Assembly (NCBI GenBank): GCA_030390025.1
Contig: JASTWF010000035.1
Location: 1,860,001-1,924,000, forward strand
Direction: 5' to 3'
DNA from: Squalus acanthias
Lineage: Eukaryota
DNA length: 64,000 nt
Made by a program: the position numbers and the translations under genes. The notes beneath the pieces are model-generated. The model was not told the DNA's origin, ran no database searches, and saw only the letters and a program-made list of their open reading frames with translations. Of this stretch, positions 50,801 to 63,574 are shown piece by piece (position 1 is the stretch's first letter; every line of letters begins with the position of its first letter).

Positions 50801-51812
50801 ATGTTTGATTTAAACTCTTGATTTCTCTGACTGTCACCTTTGCTTTTCTCCTTCCTGTCTTTTGCTTCTATCCTTGTTTCCCTTTCCTCTGTCTCCCTGC
50901 ACAGGTTCGCAACCCCCTGCCATTTTAGTTTAAACCCTCCCCCAGAGCACTAGCAAACACTCCCCCTAGGACATCGGTCCCGGCCCTGCCCAGGTGCAGA
51001 CCGTCCCGTTTGTACTGGTCCCACCTCCCCCAGAACCGGTTCCAATGTCCCAGGAATTTTAATCCCTCCCCCTTGCACCATTCCTCTAGCCACGTATTCA
51101 TTGAAATATCCTTCTATTTCTACTCTGACTAGCACGTGGCACTGGTAGCAATCCTGAGATTACTACCTTTGAGGTCCTATTTTTTAATTTACCTCCTAAC
51201 TCCCTATATTCAGCTTTTAGGACCTCATCCCGTTTTTTACCTATTTCGTTGATGCCTATATGCACCACGACAACTGGCTGTTCACCCTCCCCCTCCAAAA
51301 TGCTCTGTAGCTGCTCCGAGACATCCTTGAGTCTTGCACCAGGGAGGCAACATACCATCCTGGAGTCTCATTTGCGGCCGCAGAAATGCCTATCTATTCC
51401 CCTTGCAATAGAATCCCCTATCACTATAGCTCTCCCACTCTTTTTCCTCCCATCCTGTGCAGCAGAATCACCCACAGTGCCAGGAAGTTGGCTGCTGCTG
51501 TCTTCCCCTGATAAGCCATCTCCCTCAACAACATCCAAAGCAGGTATATCTGTTTGAGAGGGGGATGGCCACAGGAGACCCCTGCACTACCTGTCTGCAC
51601 CTCCTACTCTGCCTGGTGGTCACCCATTCCCTTCCTGCCTGTACAGACTTTACCTGCGATGTGACCAACTCCCTAAACGTGCTATCCACGATGTCCTCAG
51701 CATCGCGAATGCTCCAGTATGCATCCATCTGCAGCTCCAGTGCCGCAATGTGGTCTGTCAGTAGCTGCAGCTGGATACACCTCCCGCACACATGGTCAAC
51801 AGGGAAACAAGA
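47851..51812 (-). mobile_element. CR1 LINE (family B), near full length, nested in G
   Basis: ORFs 47943..50551 and esterase/ZnF pieces 51098..51824. Closely similar to 2826-6505. Confidence 0.93.
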
Positions 51813-52281
51813 AGTTCTACCCAAACCGCTTCTACATCCTGGTTTCCTGAACTTTGGTCATCCCTCTCTATTGTGCTAATACCATCATTAATTAACAGAG
51901 CCACCCCTCCACCTTTTCCCACCTTCCTGTCCTTCCTAAATGTCATGTAGCCTTCAATATGCAGGTCCCAATCTATGTCATCCTGCAGCCATGTTTCTGT
52001 AATGGCTATCAAATCATATTTATTTATTTCTATTTTCGCTATCAGTTCATCTGTTTTGTTTTGAATGCTACGTGCGTTCAGATGCAGAGCCTTTAGTTTT
52101 GTCCTTTTATTATTTTTGTAACCTCTAGCCTTATCTGTTGATTTACTCTTAGATTTGTACTCTCTATCCCTTCCTGTCACGGTCTGTTTATCATTTCCCA
52201 AATTAATACCTTTCTCTATTGCCTTGTCTCTACTCTTTGAATTACCACATCTTCCCAAATTTGATCCCATACCCCCAATAT

Positions 52282-53232
52282 TTAGTTTAAAGCCCTCTCT
52301 ACCGCCTTAGTTATACGACTCGTCAGAACACTGGTCCCAGCACGGTTCAGGTGAAGACCGTCCCAATGATACAGATCCCACTTTCCCCAGTATTGGTGCC
52401 AGTGCCCCAGGAATTGAAACCCATTTCTCCCACACCAGTCTTTGAGCCATGCATTCATCTCTCTAATTTTATTTACCCTTTGCCAATTTGCTCGTGGCTC
52501 AGGTAATAATGCAGACATTATTACCCTTGAGGTTCTGCTTTTTAATTTAGCCCCTAGCTGCTCATACTTTCTCAGCAGAACCTCTTTCCTAGTTCTACCT
52601 ATGTCATTGGTACCTACATGGACCACGACCACTGGCTCCTCCCCCTCCCACTGCAAGTTCCTCTCCAGCCCAGAGCAGATGTCCCGAACCCTGGCAGCGG
52701 GCAGGCAACACAGCCGTCGGGACTCTCGCTCTTGGCCGCAGAGAACTGTATCTATCCCCCTGATTATGCTGTCCCCAATTACCACTACATTCCTATTAAC
52801 TCCCCCCGCTTGAATGGCTTCCTGTACCTCGGTGCCATGGTCAGTTTGCTCATCCACACTGCAGCCACCGCTTTCATCCATACAGGCCGCAAGAACCTCA
52901 AACCTGTTGGACAATTGCAAAGGCTGAGGCTCCTCCACCTCCTGGGTCCCCATACCTGCCTCACTCGCAGTCACATCCTCCTGTCCCTGACCACTGACCA
53001 AATCAGAAGACCCTATCCTAAGGGGTGTGACTGCCTCCTGGAATAAAGTGTCCAGGTAACTTTCCCCCTCCCTGATACATCGCAGTGTCCGCAGCTCGGC
53101 CTCCAGCTCATCAACTCTGAGCCGAAGCTCCTCAAGCCGCAGACACTTACCGCAGACGTGTTCGTCCTGGATCACACTGGCGTCCAGGAGCTCCCACATA
53201 CTGCAGTCACAACACATCACCTGCCCTGCCAT
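52282..53232 (-). CDS. CR1 ORF1p, intact: zinc finger, leucine zipper and SGNH esterase (316 aa)
   Basis: CCDCSMWE..CGKC, LEELRLRVDELEAEL, IGDSII, HVGTND, DGLHL. Confidence 0.88.
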   Translation of the reverse strand: MAGQVMCCDCSMWELLDASVIQDEHVCGKCLRLEELRLRVDELEAELRTLRCIREGESYLDTLFQEAVTPLRIGSSDLVSGQGQEDVTASEAGMGTQEVEEPQPLQLSNRFEVLAACMDESGGCSVDEQTDHGTEVQEAIQAGGVNRNVVVIGDSIIRGIDTVLCGQERESRRLCCLPAARVRDICSGLERNLQWEGEEPVVVVHVGTNDIGRTRKEVLLRKYEQLGAKLKSRTSRVIMSALLPEPRANWQRVNKIREMNAWLKDWCGRNGFQFLGHWHQYWGKWDLYHWDGLHLNRAGTSVLTSRITKAVERALN

Positions 53233-54289
53233 CTTTATTGAGTCTTAATTAATTTATTTTTATTAATTAATAATTAACAAACCCTACTACACCTAATAAG
53301 ATTTATTACTGCTAGTAAACTAGTACTAATGAAACCTTACAATTACTAATACATTTCCTGGGTTTTAAAAGATAAGGGAAGTGAGCAAAATACTCACCAA
53401 CCAATCACTTACCCTTTTCCTGGTGATGTCACCTTTTATTTTTCTCCAGATGTGGTTGGGGGGTGTCACAGAGCCGAGCTCCTGCTGGTTCTCTGTCCCC
53501 TCTTGTGCAGCTTTTTAGCTCCTGCTCTCCTGGAAGCTGACAAAGATAGAAAAAGAAAGGAACATCTCCCTCCCCGAACTCCCTCACTCACCAAACTCGC
53601 AGCTTAACACTCTGTTCCGATCTGCACTCCATGACAAACTGTACTCTAGCCTCCCTTATTTATACTGCTGAAATTTAAATAAGTGAGCTCTCTGGCAGTT
53701 ACAGAACCAGATTAGACTAGTTAATTAATTAATTACTCTGACCTGCTCTCCAGCACAGAGCTTGCTTAGCTCTGCCCAAGCCTGGAAGAAACTTAAAACT
53801 TGAAACATAAATTTAAATTTAAGTCAAATGCTAATTGCAAGCACACAAGACTGGATTTTTTTTTAAAAAGAGATTAACCTTTAAGATTCACTCCCTCACT
53901 CACCAAACTCGCAGCTTAACACTCTGTTCCAAGCTGCACTCCGTGACAAACTGCAAGTTGAGGTAAGGGTGGAGATGGCGATATTACAAAGGTGGAAATG
54001 GGCAGTCTTAATGATAGAATGGATATGAGGTAAGAAGCTCAATTCATGATAAAATATGACACTAAGGTTGACATAAAAGCCTTAGAAAGGGTGCAGAGGA
54101 GGTTTACCAGGATGTTACCAGGGATAAGGGACTACAGTTATGAGGAGAGGTTGAAAAAGTTAGGACTGTTCTCCTTGGAACAGAGAAGGTTAAGAAGTGA
54201 CCTGATAGAGGTTTCAAGATGATGAGAGGTTTTGATGGAGTAGAGAGAGAAAAACATTCCCTCTGGCGAGTGGGTCAATAGCAATGGCA

Positions 54290-55247
54290 ATGATTTGGTT
54301 GAGGGGACCAAATGTAATATATCCAAGTTTGCTGATGATACAAAGCTGGGTGGGAATGTGAGGAGGATGCAATGAGGCTTCAAGGGGATATAGACAGGCT
54401 AAGTGAGTGGGCAAGAACATGGCAAATAGAATATAATGCGGAGAAATGTGAAGTTATCCACTTTGGTAGGAAAAATAGAAAAGCAGAGTATTTTTTAAAT
54501 GGTGAGAGATTGGGAAATGTTGGTGTTCAGAGGGACCTGGGTGTCCTTGTACACGAATCATGAAAGTTAACATACAGGTACAGCAAGCAATTAGGAAAGC
54601 AAATGGTAAGTTGGCCTTTATTACAAGAGGATTTGAGTATAACAGTAAAGATGTCTGACTGCAATTATATAGGGCCCTGGTGAGACCACACCTGGAGTAT
54701 TGTGTACAGTTTTGGTCTCCTTACCTAAGGAAGGATATACTCGCCATAGAGGGAGTGCAACGAAGGTTCACCAGACTGGTTCCTGTGATGGGGGGATTGT
54801 CCTATGAGGAGAGATTGAATAGGCTAGGCCTATATTCTCTGGAGTTTAGAAGAATGAGAGGTGATCTCATTGAAACATACAAAATTCTTACAGGGTTTGA
54901 CAAGGTAGATGCAGGGAGGATGATTCCCCTGGCTGGGGAGTCTAGAACCAGGAGTCACAGTCTCAGAATAAGGGGTCGGCCATTTAGGACTGAGATGAGG
55001 AGAAATTTCTTCACTCAGAGGGTGGTGAGTCTTTGGAATTCTCGACCCCAGAGGGCTGTGGAGGCTCAGTCGTTGAGTATATTCAAGACAGAGATCATTA
55101 GATTTTTGGATATTAAGGGAATCAAGGGATATGGGGATAGTTCAGGAAAGTGGAGTTGAGGTAGAAGATCAGCCATGATCTTATTGAATTGCAGAGCAGG
55201 CTCGAGGGGCCAAATGACCTACTCCTGCTCCTATTCCTTATGTTCAT
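54290..55247 (+). mobile_element. CR1 3' fragment (small CR1/L2 scraps flank it at 53960-54290 and 55248-55470)
   Basis: KFADD region through the 3'UTR; ORF 54680..55159. Confidence 0.9.
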
Positions 55248-55477
55248 AGGGCAATCTCCTCATCCCAGGAACCAGTCTAGTGAACCTTCGCTGCACTTCC
55301 TCTAAGGCAAATGTTTCTTTCCTTTGGTCAGGAGACCAGAACTGGGGAGTTGAGGGGAACCTTTTTCACCCAGAGGGTGGTGGGGGTCTGGAACTCACTG
55401 CCTGAAAGGGTGGTAGAGGCAGAAACGCTCATCACTTTTAAAAAGTACTTGGATATTCACTTGAAGTGCACTTGAAT

Positions 55478-55554
55478 GGTAACATAGTGGTAATGTCACT
55501 GGGCTGGTAATCCAGAGGCCTGGACTAATGATCCAGAGACGTGACTTCAAATCC
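55478..55554 (+). mobile_element. Truncated tRNA-derived SINE head
   Basis: Matches 61846-61922 (box A- and box B-like). Confidence 0.7.
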
Positions 55555-55619
55555 TGGCTCTGGTGGATCAAATTTCAGCAGGGGAACATTTAGGGAACAG
55601 TGATCATAGTATCATAAGG

Positions 55620-58600
55620 GTAACCAATGCTGGGAACTGAATGTTCCAGGGTACCCTCACAACATTCAAGAAGCATTTAGATGAGCATTTGAAACGCCAT
55701 AGCATACAAGGCTACGGACCAAGTGCTGGAAAATGGGATTAGAATAGACAGGGCTTGATGGCCGGCACGGACACGATGGGCCGAAGGGCCTCTTTCTGTG
55801 CTGTATAACTCTATGACTCTAGGGTCAAAGTGCAGAAAAATATTAAACAGGCAAAGTTGAAGGCACTTTATCTAAATGCATGTAGCATTCACAACAAGGT
55901 GGATGAATTAATGGCACTAATAGAAGTAAATGGGTATGATGTAATTGCCATTACAGAGACATGGTTGCAGGGTAACCAAAGCTGGCAACTGAATGTTCCA
56001 GGGTACTCAACATTTGGGAAGGACAGACAAAAAGGAAAAGGAGGTGGCGTAGCGCTGTTAATAAGGGATGAGATCGGTACGGTAGAGATAAAAGATCTTG
56101 GCTCGGCAGATCATGATGTAGAACTGGAATCAGTTTGGGTGGAGCTAAGAAACAGCAAAGGGAGGAAAACATTGGTGGGAGTTGTGTATGGGCCACCAAA
56201 CAGTAGTGGTAATGTAGGGCACAGTATCCATCAAGAAATTAGAAGTGTATGTAACAAGGGCAATACGGTAATCATGGGGGACTTTAATCTACATATTGAC
56301 TGGGTAAATCAAATTACCACTAATGGTGTGGAGGACAAATTCTTGGAATGCATGCGAGATGGTTTCCTGGATCAGTATGTGGAGGAACCAACCAGGGAAC
56401 AGGCTATTCTGGATCTGGTACTGTGTAATGAGAAAGGGCTAATCAATAATCTTGTGGTAAAGGAGCCTTTAGGGACAAGTGACCATAATATGATTGAATT
56501 TTACATTAAGTTTGAGAGTGATGTAGTCCAATCTGAAACTAAGGTCATTAATCTAAACAGAGGAAACTACAAGGGGATGAGGGACAAGTTGGCCATGGTA
56601 GATTTGGAGACTACACTAAAAGGTATGAAGGTGGACATACAATGGCTAACATTCCAGGAAATAATGCATAATTTGCAACAAACATATATTCCTCTAGGGC
56701 ATAAAAACCCAAAAGGAAAAGTGATCCAACCATGGCTAACAAAAGAAATTAAAGCTAGTATTAAGTCAAAGGAGGAAGCTTATAAAGTTGCCAGAAAAAG
56801 CGGTCAGCCTGAGGATTGGGATCTTTTTAGAAATCAGCAAAGGGGGACCAAGAAATTGATAAAGAAAGGGAAAATGGAATATGAGCACAAACTAGCGAAA
56901 AATATAAAAACGGTTTGTAAAAGCTTCTATAGGTATGTGAAAAGGAAAAGACTGGCGGAAGTAAATATAGGTCCTTTACAGTCAGAGACGGGAGAATTTA
57001 TAATGGGGAATGAGGAAATGGCGGGGAAATTAAATAAATACTTTGTTTCTGTCTTCACGGAGGAAGACACAAAAAACCTCCCAGAAATGCGAGAAAATCA
57101 AGGGTGTGGCGAGAATGAGGAACATAAAGAAATTATTATTCATAAAAAAACAGTACCAGCAAAATTAATGGGACTAAAAGTCGATAAATCCAAAGGACCG
57201 GATGACCTACATCCTGGGGTTTTGAAAGAGGTGGCCATTGGGATAGTGGGCGCATTGGTTGTCATCTTCCAAAATTCTATAGATTCTGGAACAGTTCCTG
57301 CAGATTGGAGAATAGCAAATATAACCCAGATATTTAAGAAAGGAGGGAGAGAGAAAACAGGGAACTACAGACCTGTTAGCCTCATATCAGTAGTTGGGAA
57401 AATGCTGGAATCTATCATAAAAGATACAATAACTGGGCACTTAGAAACTAATAGTAAGATTGGGCAGAGTCAACATGAATTTATGAAAGGGAAATCCTGT
57501 TTGACAAACCTATTGGAGTTCTTTGAGGATGTAACTAGTGGAGTAGACAAAGGGGAACCGGTAGATGTGGTGTATCTGGATTTTCAGAAGGCCTTCGATA
57601 AGGTCCCACACAAGAGGTTGGTGAACAAAATTAGGGCACATGGAGTTGGGGGTAATATACTAGCATGGATTGAGAATTGGTTAACAGACAGAAAAAAAAA
57701 GAGTAGGGATAAATGGCAGGCTGTGACTAGTGGGGTACCGCAAGGATCGGTGCTTGGGCCCCAGCTATTCACAATCTATATCAATGATTTGGATGAGGGG
57801 ACTATATGTAACATTTCCAAATTTTGCTGATGTACAAAGCTAGGTGGCAGTGTCAGTTGCGAAGAGGATGTGAAGAGGCTTCAGGGGGATCTCGACAGGC
57901 TCAGTGAGTGGGTGAGAACATGGCAGATGGAATATAATGTGGATAAATGTGAAGTTATCCACTTTGGTAGGAAAAACAGAAAGGCAGAGTATTTCCTAAA
58001 TGCTGAAAGATTGGGTAATGCAGATGCTCAAAGGGTACCTGGGTGTCCTTGTACATGAGTCACTGAAAGTGAATGTGCAGGTGCAGCAAGCCATTAGGAA
58101 GGCAAATGGTATGCTGGCCTTCATTACAAGAGAATTTGAGTACAGGAGTAAAGAAGTCTTACTCCAATTATATAGGGCCTTGGTGAGACCACACCTGGAG
58201 TATTGTGTACAATTTTGGTCTCCTTAGCTAAGGAAGGATATACTTGCCATAGAGGGAGTGCAACGAAGGTTCACGAGATTGATTCCTGGGATGGCGGGGC
58301 TGTCGTATGAGAAGAGATTGAGTAAACTAGGCCTGTATTCTCTTGAATTCAGAAGAATGAGAGGGGATCTCATTGAAGTATACAAAATTATTACAGGGCT
58401 TGATAGGGTGGATGCTGGGAGAATGTTTCCCTTGGCTGGGGAGTCTAGAACCAGGGGCCACAGCCTCAAGATAAAGGGTAGGCCATTCAGGACTGAGATG
58501 AGAAGAAATTTGTTCACACAGAGAGTGGTGAATCTTTGAAATTCTCTACCCCAGAAGGCTGTGGAGGCTCAGTCATTGGGTATATTCAAAACAGAAGTCG

Positions 58601-61600
58601 ATAGATTTCTGACTAGTAAAGGCATTAAGCGATATGGCGATAGGGCCATTGAATGGAGTTAGAACATCGAACATAGAACATAGAACAGTACAGCACAGTA
58701 CAGGCCCTTCGGCCCTCGATGTTGTGCCGAGCATTGTCCAAAACCAAGATCAAGCTATCCCACTCCCTATCATTCTGGTGTGCTCCATGTGCTTATCCAA
58801 TACCTGCTTGAAAGTTCCTAAAGTGTCCGACTCCACTATCACAGCAGGCAGTCCATTCCACACCCCAACCACTCTCTGAGTAAAGAATCTACCTCGGACA
58901 TCCCTTCTATATCTCCCCCCATGCACCTTATAGTTATGTCCCCTTGTAACAGCTACATCCACCCGAGGAAATAGTCTCTGTACATCCACTCTATCTATCC
59001 CCCTCATCATCTTATAAACCTCTATTAAGTCGCCTCTCATCCTCCTCCGCTATAAAGAGAAAAGCCCTAGCTCCCTCAATCTTTCCTCATAAGACCTCCC
59101 CCCCAAACCAGGCAGCATCCTGGTAAATCTCCTTTGCACTCTTTCCAATGCTTCCACGTCCTTCCTATAGTGAGGTGACCAGAACTGCACACAATATTCC
59201 AAATGTGGTCTCACCAAGGTCCTGTACAGTTGCAGCATAACCTCACGGTTCTTAAACTCAAACCCCTTGTTAATAAACGCTAACACACTATAGGCCTTCT
59301 TTACTGCTCTATCCACTTGAGTGGCAACCTTCAGAGATCTGTGGATATGAACCCCCAGATCCCTCTGTTCCTCCATGTTCCTCAGAACCCTGCCGTTGAC
59401 CCTGTAATCCTTATTCAAATTTGCCCTACCAAAATGAATCACCTCGCACTTATCAGGGTTAAATTCCATCTGCCATTTTTCAGCCCTGCTCTGCATCCTA
59501 TCAATGTCTCTTTGCAGCCTACAACAGCCCTCCACCTCATCCACTACTCCACCAATCTTGGTGTCATCAGCAAATTTACTGATCCACCCTTCAGTCCCCT
59601 CCTCCAAGTCATTGATAAAAATCACAAACAGCAGAGGACCCAGCACCGACCCCTGTGGCACACCGCTGGTAACTGGTCTCCAGTCCGAAAATTTTCCATC
59701 CACCACCACCCTCTGCCTTCTATGAGATAGCCAGTTACTTATCCAATCAGCCAAATTTCCCTCTATCCCACAACTCCTTACTTTCTTCATGAGCCGACCA
59801 TGGGGAACCTTATCAAACGCCTTACTAAAATCCATGTATACGACATCAACTGCTCTACCTTCATCTACACACTTAGTTACCTCCTCAAAGAATTCAATCA
59901 AATTTGTTAGGCAAGACTTACCCTTCACGAATCCGTGTTGACTATCCCGGATTAAGTTGCATCTTTCCAAATGGTCATAAATCCTATCCCTCAGGACCTT
60001 TTCCATTATCTTACCAACCACCGAAGTAAGACTAACCGGCCTATAATTACCAGGGTCATTCCTATTTCCTTTCTTGAAGAGAGGAACAACATTCGCCACT
60101 CTCCAGTCCTCTGGCACCATCCCCGTGGACAGTGAGGACCCAAAGATCAGAGCCAAAGGCTCTGCAATCTCCTCCCTTGCCTCCCAAAGAATCCTAGGAT
60201 ATATCCCATCTGGCCCAGGGGACTTATCGACCCTCAGGTTCTTCAAAATTGCTAAAACATCTTCCCTCAGAACATCTACCTCCTCCAGCCTGTCCACCTT
60301 TATCACACTCTCATCCTCAAAAACATGGCCCCTCTCCTCGGTGAACACTGACGAAAAGTATTCATTCATCACCTCTCCTATCTCTTCTGACTCCATGCAC
60401 AAATTCCCACTACTGTCCTTGACCGGCCCTACCCTCACCCTGGTCATTCTTTTATTTCTCACATAAGAGTAAAAAGCCTTGGGGTTTTCCTTGATCCGAC
60501 CCGCCAAGGACTTCTCATGCCCCCTCCTAGCTCTCCTAAGCTCTTTTTTTTAGCTCATTCCTTGCTACCTTGTACCCCTCAATCGACCCAACTGAACCTT
60601 GTTTTCTCATCCTTACATACGCTTCCTTTTTCCTCTTGACTAGACATTCAACCTCTTTTGTGAACCATGGTTCTCTCACTCGGCCATTTCCTCCCTGCCT
60701 GACAGGGACATACCTATCAAGGACACGCAGTAATTGCTCCATGAAAAAGCTCCACTTTTCGTTTGTGCCTTTCCCTGATAGTTTCTGTTCCCATCTTATG
60801 CTCCCTAATTCTTGCCTAATCGCATCATAATTACCCCTCCCCCAATTATAAACCCTGCCCTGCCGTATGGCCCTATCCCTCTCCATTGCAATAGTGAAAG
60901 TCACCGAATTGTGGTCACTATCTCCAAAGTGCTCTCCCACATACAAATCAAACACTTGGCCCGGTTCATTACCCAGTACCAAATCCAATGTGGCCCCACC
61001 TCTTGTCGGCCTATCCACATATTGTGTCAGGAAACCCTCCTGCACACACTGTGCAAAAACTATCCCATCCGAACTGTTTGACCTATAAAGGTTCCAATCA
61101 ATATTTGGAAAGTTGAAGTCACCCATGACAACTACTCTGTGACCTCCACACCTATTCATAATCTGCTTTGCAATTTCTTCCTCCACATCTCTATTACTAT
61201 TTGGGGGCCTGTAGAAAACTCCTAACAACGTGACCGCTCCTTTCCTATTTCTAACTTCAGCCCATATTACCTCAGACGGCAGATCCCCCTCGAACTGCCT
61301 TTCTGCCGCTGTTAAACTATCCTTGATTAACAATGCTACTCCTCCACCTTTCTTACCACCTTCCCTACTCTTACTGAAACATCTATACCCCGGAACTTCC
61401 AACAACCATTCCTGTCCCTGTTCTAACCATGTCTCCGTAATGGCCACCACATCGTAGTCCCAAGTACTAATCCACGCTCCAAGTTCTCCTACCTTATTCC
61501 GGATGCTCCTTGCATTGAAGTAGACACACTTCAAGCCACATTCCTGTCTGCCGGTACATTCCTGCGACCTTGATACCCTCCTCAGTACCTCCCTACACTC

Positions 61601-61736
61601 ACCACTGGCTCCTGGACTACAGCCCTTTTTCCCATCCCCCTGAGTTGAGGCAGAAGATCAGCCCTGATCTCATTGAATGGCGGAGCAGGCTCGAAGGGCC
61701 GAATGGTCTACTCCTGCTCCTATTTCTTATGTTCTT
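55620..61736 (+). mobile_element. Chimeric CR1 (family D tail plus family C ORF2 and 3'UTR) bounded by TSD ATAAGG, with family H nested inside
   Basis: D tail 55653-55821; ORF 55830..57830 (APE+RT); TSD at 55614-55619 and 61737-61742. Confidence 0.85.
58661..61641 (-). mobile_element. CR1 LINE (family H), nearly intact ORF2, 5'-truncated
   Basis: ORFs 60536..61534, 59050..60507 and 58750..59040. (CATAGAA)n tail; TSD GAGTT (58656-58660, 61642-61646). Confidence 0.93.
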
Positions 61737-61844
61737 ATAAGGTTCTGGTTAGCTTTGGAAAAAGACAAAGAGCAATCTAGAGTCAAAATACTTAACTGGA
61801 GGAGGGCCAATTTCAATGGGTTGAGAATGGAGCTGGCCCGGGAA

Positions 61845-62710
61845 CGGTAGCATATTGGTAATGTTACTGGGATAGTAATCCAGAGGCCTGGACTAATGAT
61901 CCAGAGACGTGAGTTCAAATCCCACCACGGCAGCTGGGGAATTTAAATTCAGTTAATTAAATAAATCTGGAATAAAAAGTTAGTATCAGTAATGGTGACC
62001 ATAAAACTATCGGATTGTTGTAAAAACCCATCTGGTTCACTAATGTCCTTTAGGGAAGGAAATCTGCCGTCCTTACCCAGTCTGGCCTGTATGTGACTCC
62101 AGACCCACAGCAATGTGGTTGACTCTTAACTGCCCTCTGAAATGGTCTAGCAAGCCACTCAGTTGTAACAAACCACTACGAAACACAATAATAAGAATAA
62201 AACCGGACAGACCACCCGGCACCGGCTACGCACACGGCAACGGCACACGCAGCCTAGTCGACCCTGCAAAGTCCTCCTCACCAACATCTGGGGACTTGTG
62301 CCACAATTGGGAGAGCTGTCCCACAGACTAGTCAAGCAACAGCCTGATAGTCACAGAATCATACCTTTCAGCCAATGTCCCAAACTCCTCCATCACCATC
62401 CCTGGGTATGTCCTGACCCACTGGCAGGACAGACCCACCAGGGGTGGCAGCACAGTGGTATACAATTGGGAAGGAGTGGACCTGGGAGTCCTCCACATTG
62501 ACTTTCGACCCCATGAAGTCTCATGGCTTCAGGTCAAGCATGGGCAAGGAAACCTCCTGCTGATTACCATCTACCGCCCTCCCTCAGCTGATGAATCAGT
62601 ACTCCTCCATGTTGAACACCACTTGGAAGAAGCACTGAGAGTAGCAAGGGCACAGAATGTACTCTGGGTGGGGACTTCAATGTCCATCACCAAGAGTGGC
62701 TCGGTAGCAT
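61845..62710 (+). mobile_element. tRNA-derived head and SINE-like body running into a LINE APE endonuclease 5' region
   Basis: Box A-like TAGCATATTGG at 61848-61858 and box B GAGTTCAAATCC at 61911-61922. NIWGL..LVKQQPD, ITIYRPPS and G-FN motifs follow from about 62270. Confidence 0.75.
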
Positions 62711-63570
62711 CATAGAATCATAGAAAGTGACAGCACGGAAGGAGGCCATTTCAGCCCATCGTGTCCGTGCCGGCCAACAAAGAGCTATCCAGCCTAATCC
62801 CACTTCCCAGCTCTTGGTCCGTAGCCCTGCAGGTTACAGCATCCCAAGAGCACATCCAAGTACTTTTTAAATGAGGTTCCTGCCTCTACCACCCTTTCAG
62901 GCAGTGAGTTCCAGACCCTCACCACCCTCTGGGTGAAGCAATTTCCCCTCAAATCCCCTCTAAACCTTCCACCAATTACTTTAAATCTGTGCCCCCTGGT
63001 TTTTGACCCCTCTGCTAAGAGAAATAGATCCTTTCTATCCACTTTATCTAGGCCCCTCATAATTTTATACATATCAATAAAGTCTCCCCTCAGCCTCCTC
63101 TGTTCCAAGGAAAACAGACCCAGCCTATCCAGTCTTTCCTCATAGCTAAGATTCTCTACTCCCGGCAACATCCTTGTAAATCTCCTCTGTACCCTCTCTA
63201 GTGCAATCACATCTTTCCTGTAATGTGGTGACCAGAACTGCACGCAGTACTCTAGCTGAGGCCTAACTAGTGTTTTATACAGTTGAAGCATAACCCCCCT
63301 GCTCTTGTATTCTATGCCACGGCTAATAAAGGCAAACATTCCGTATGCCTTCGTAACCACCTTATCTACCTGGCCTGCTACATTCAGGGATCTGTGGACA
63401 TGCACTCCAAGGTCCCTTTGTTCCTCTACACTACTCAGTGTCCTACCATTTAATGTGTATTCCCTTTCCTTGTTAGCCATCCCCAAATGCATTACCTCAC
63501 ACTTCTCCGGATTGAATTCTATTTGCCACTGTCTGCCCACCTGACCAATTTATTGATATCTTCCTGCAGT
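62711..63570 (-). mobile_element. CR1 3' fragment
   Basis: ORF 62794..63540 and (CATAGAAT)n tail. Confidence 0.92.
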
Positions 63571-63574
63571 CTGC

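Larger units (their letters stand above)
45266..53955 (-). mobile_element. CR1 LINE (family G), full length, interrupted by a family B copy at 47851-51812
   Basis: ORF2 pieces 45368..47853 and 51758..52270 rejoin in APE (WVE|...SLVGVVYRPP). ORF1 52282..53232; 5'UTR to about 53955. Confidence 0.92.

Noticed and set aside
55830..61534. Active autonomous retrotransposon
   Set aside because: Every ORF2 in the window has stops or frameshifts, including the 666-aa ORF and family H.
61845..61930. Functional tRNA gene
   Set aside because: Has A/B boxes but no convincing cloverleaf, and continues into a repeat body; a duplicate head is at 55478.
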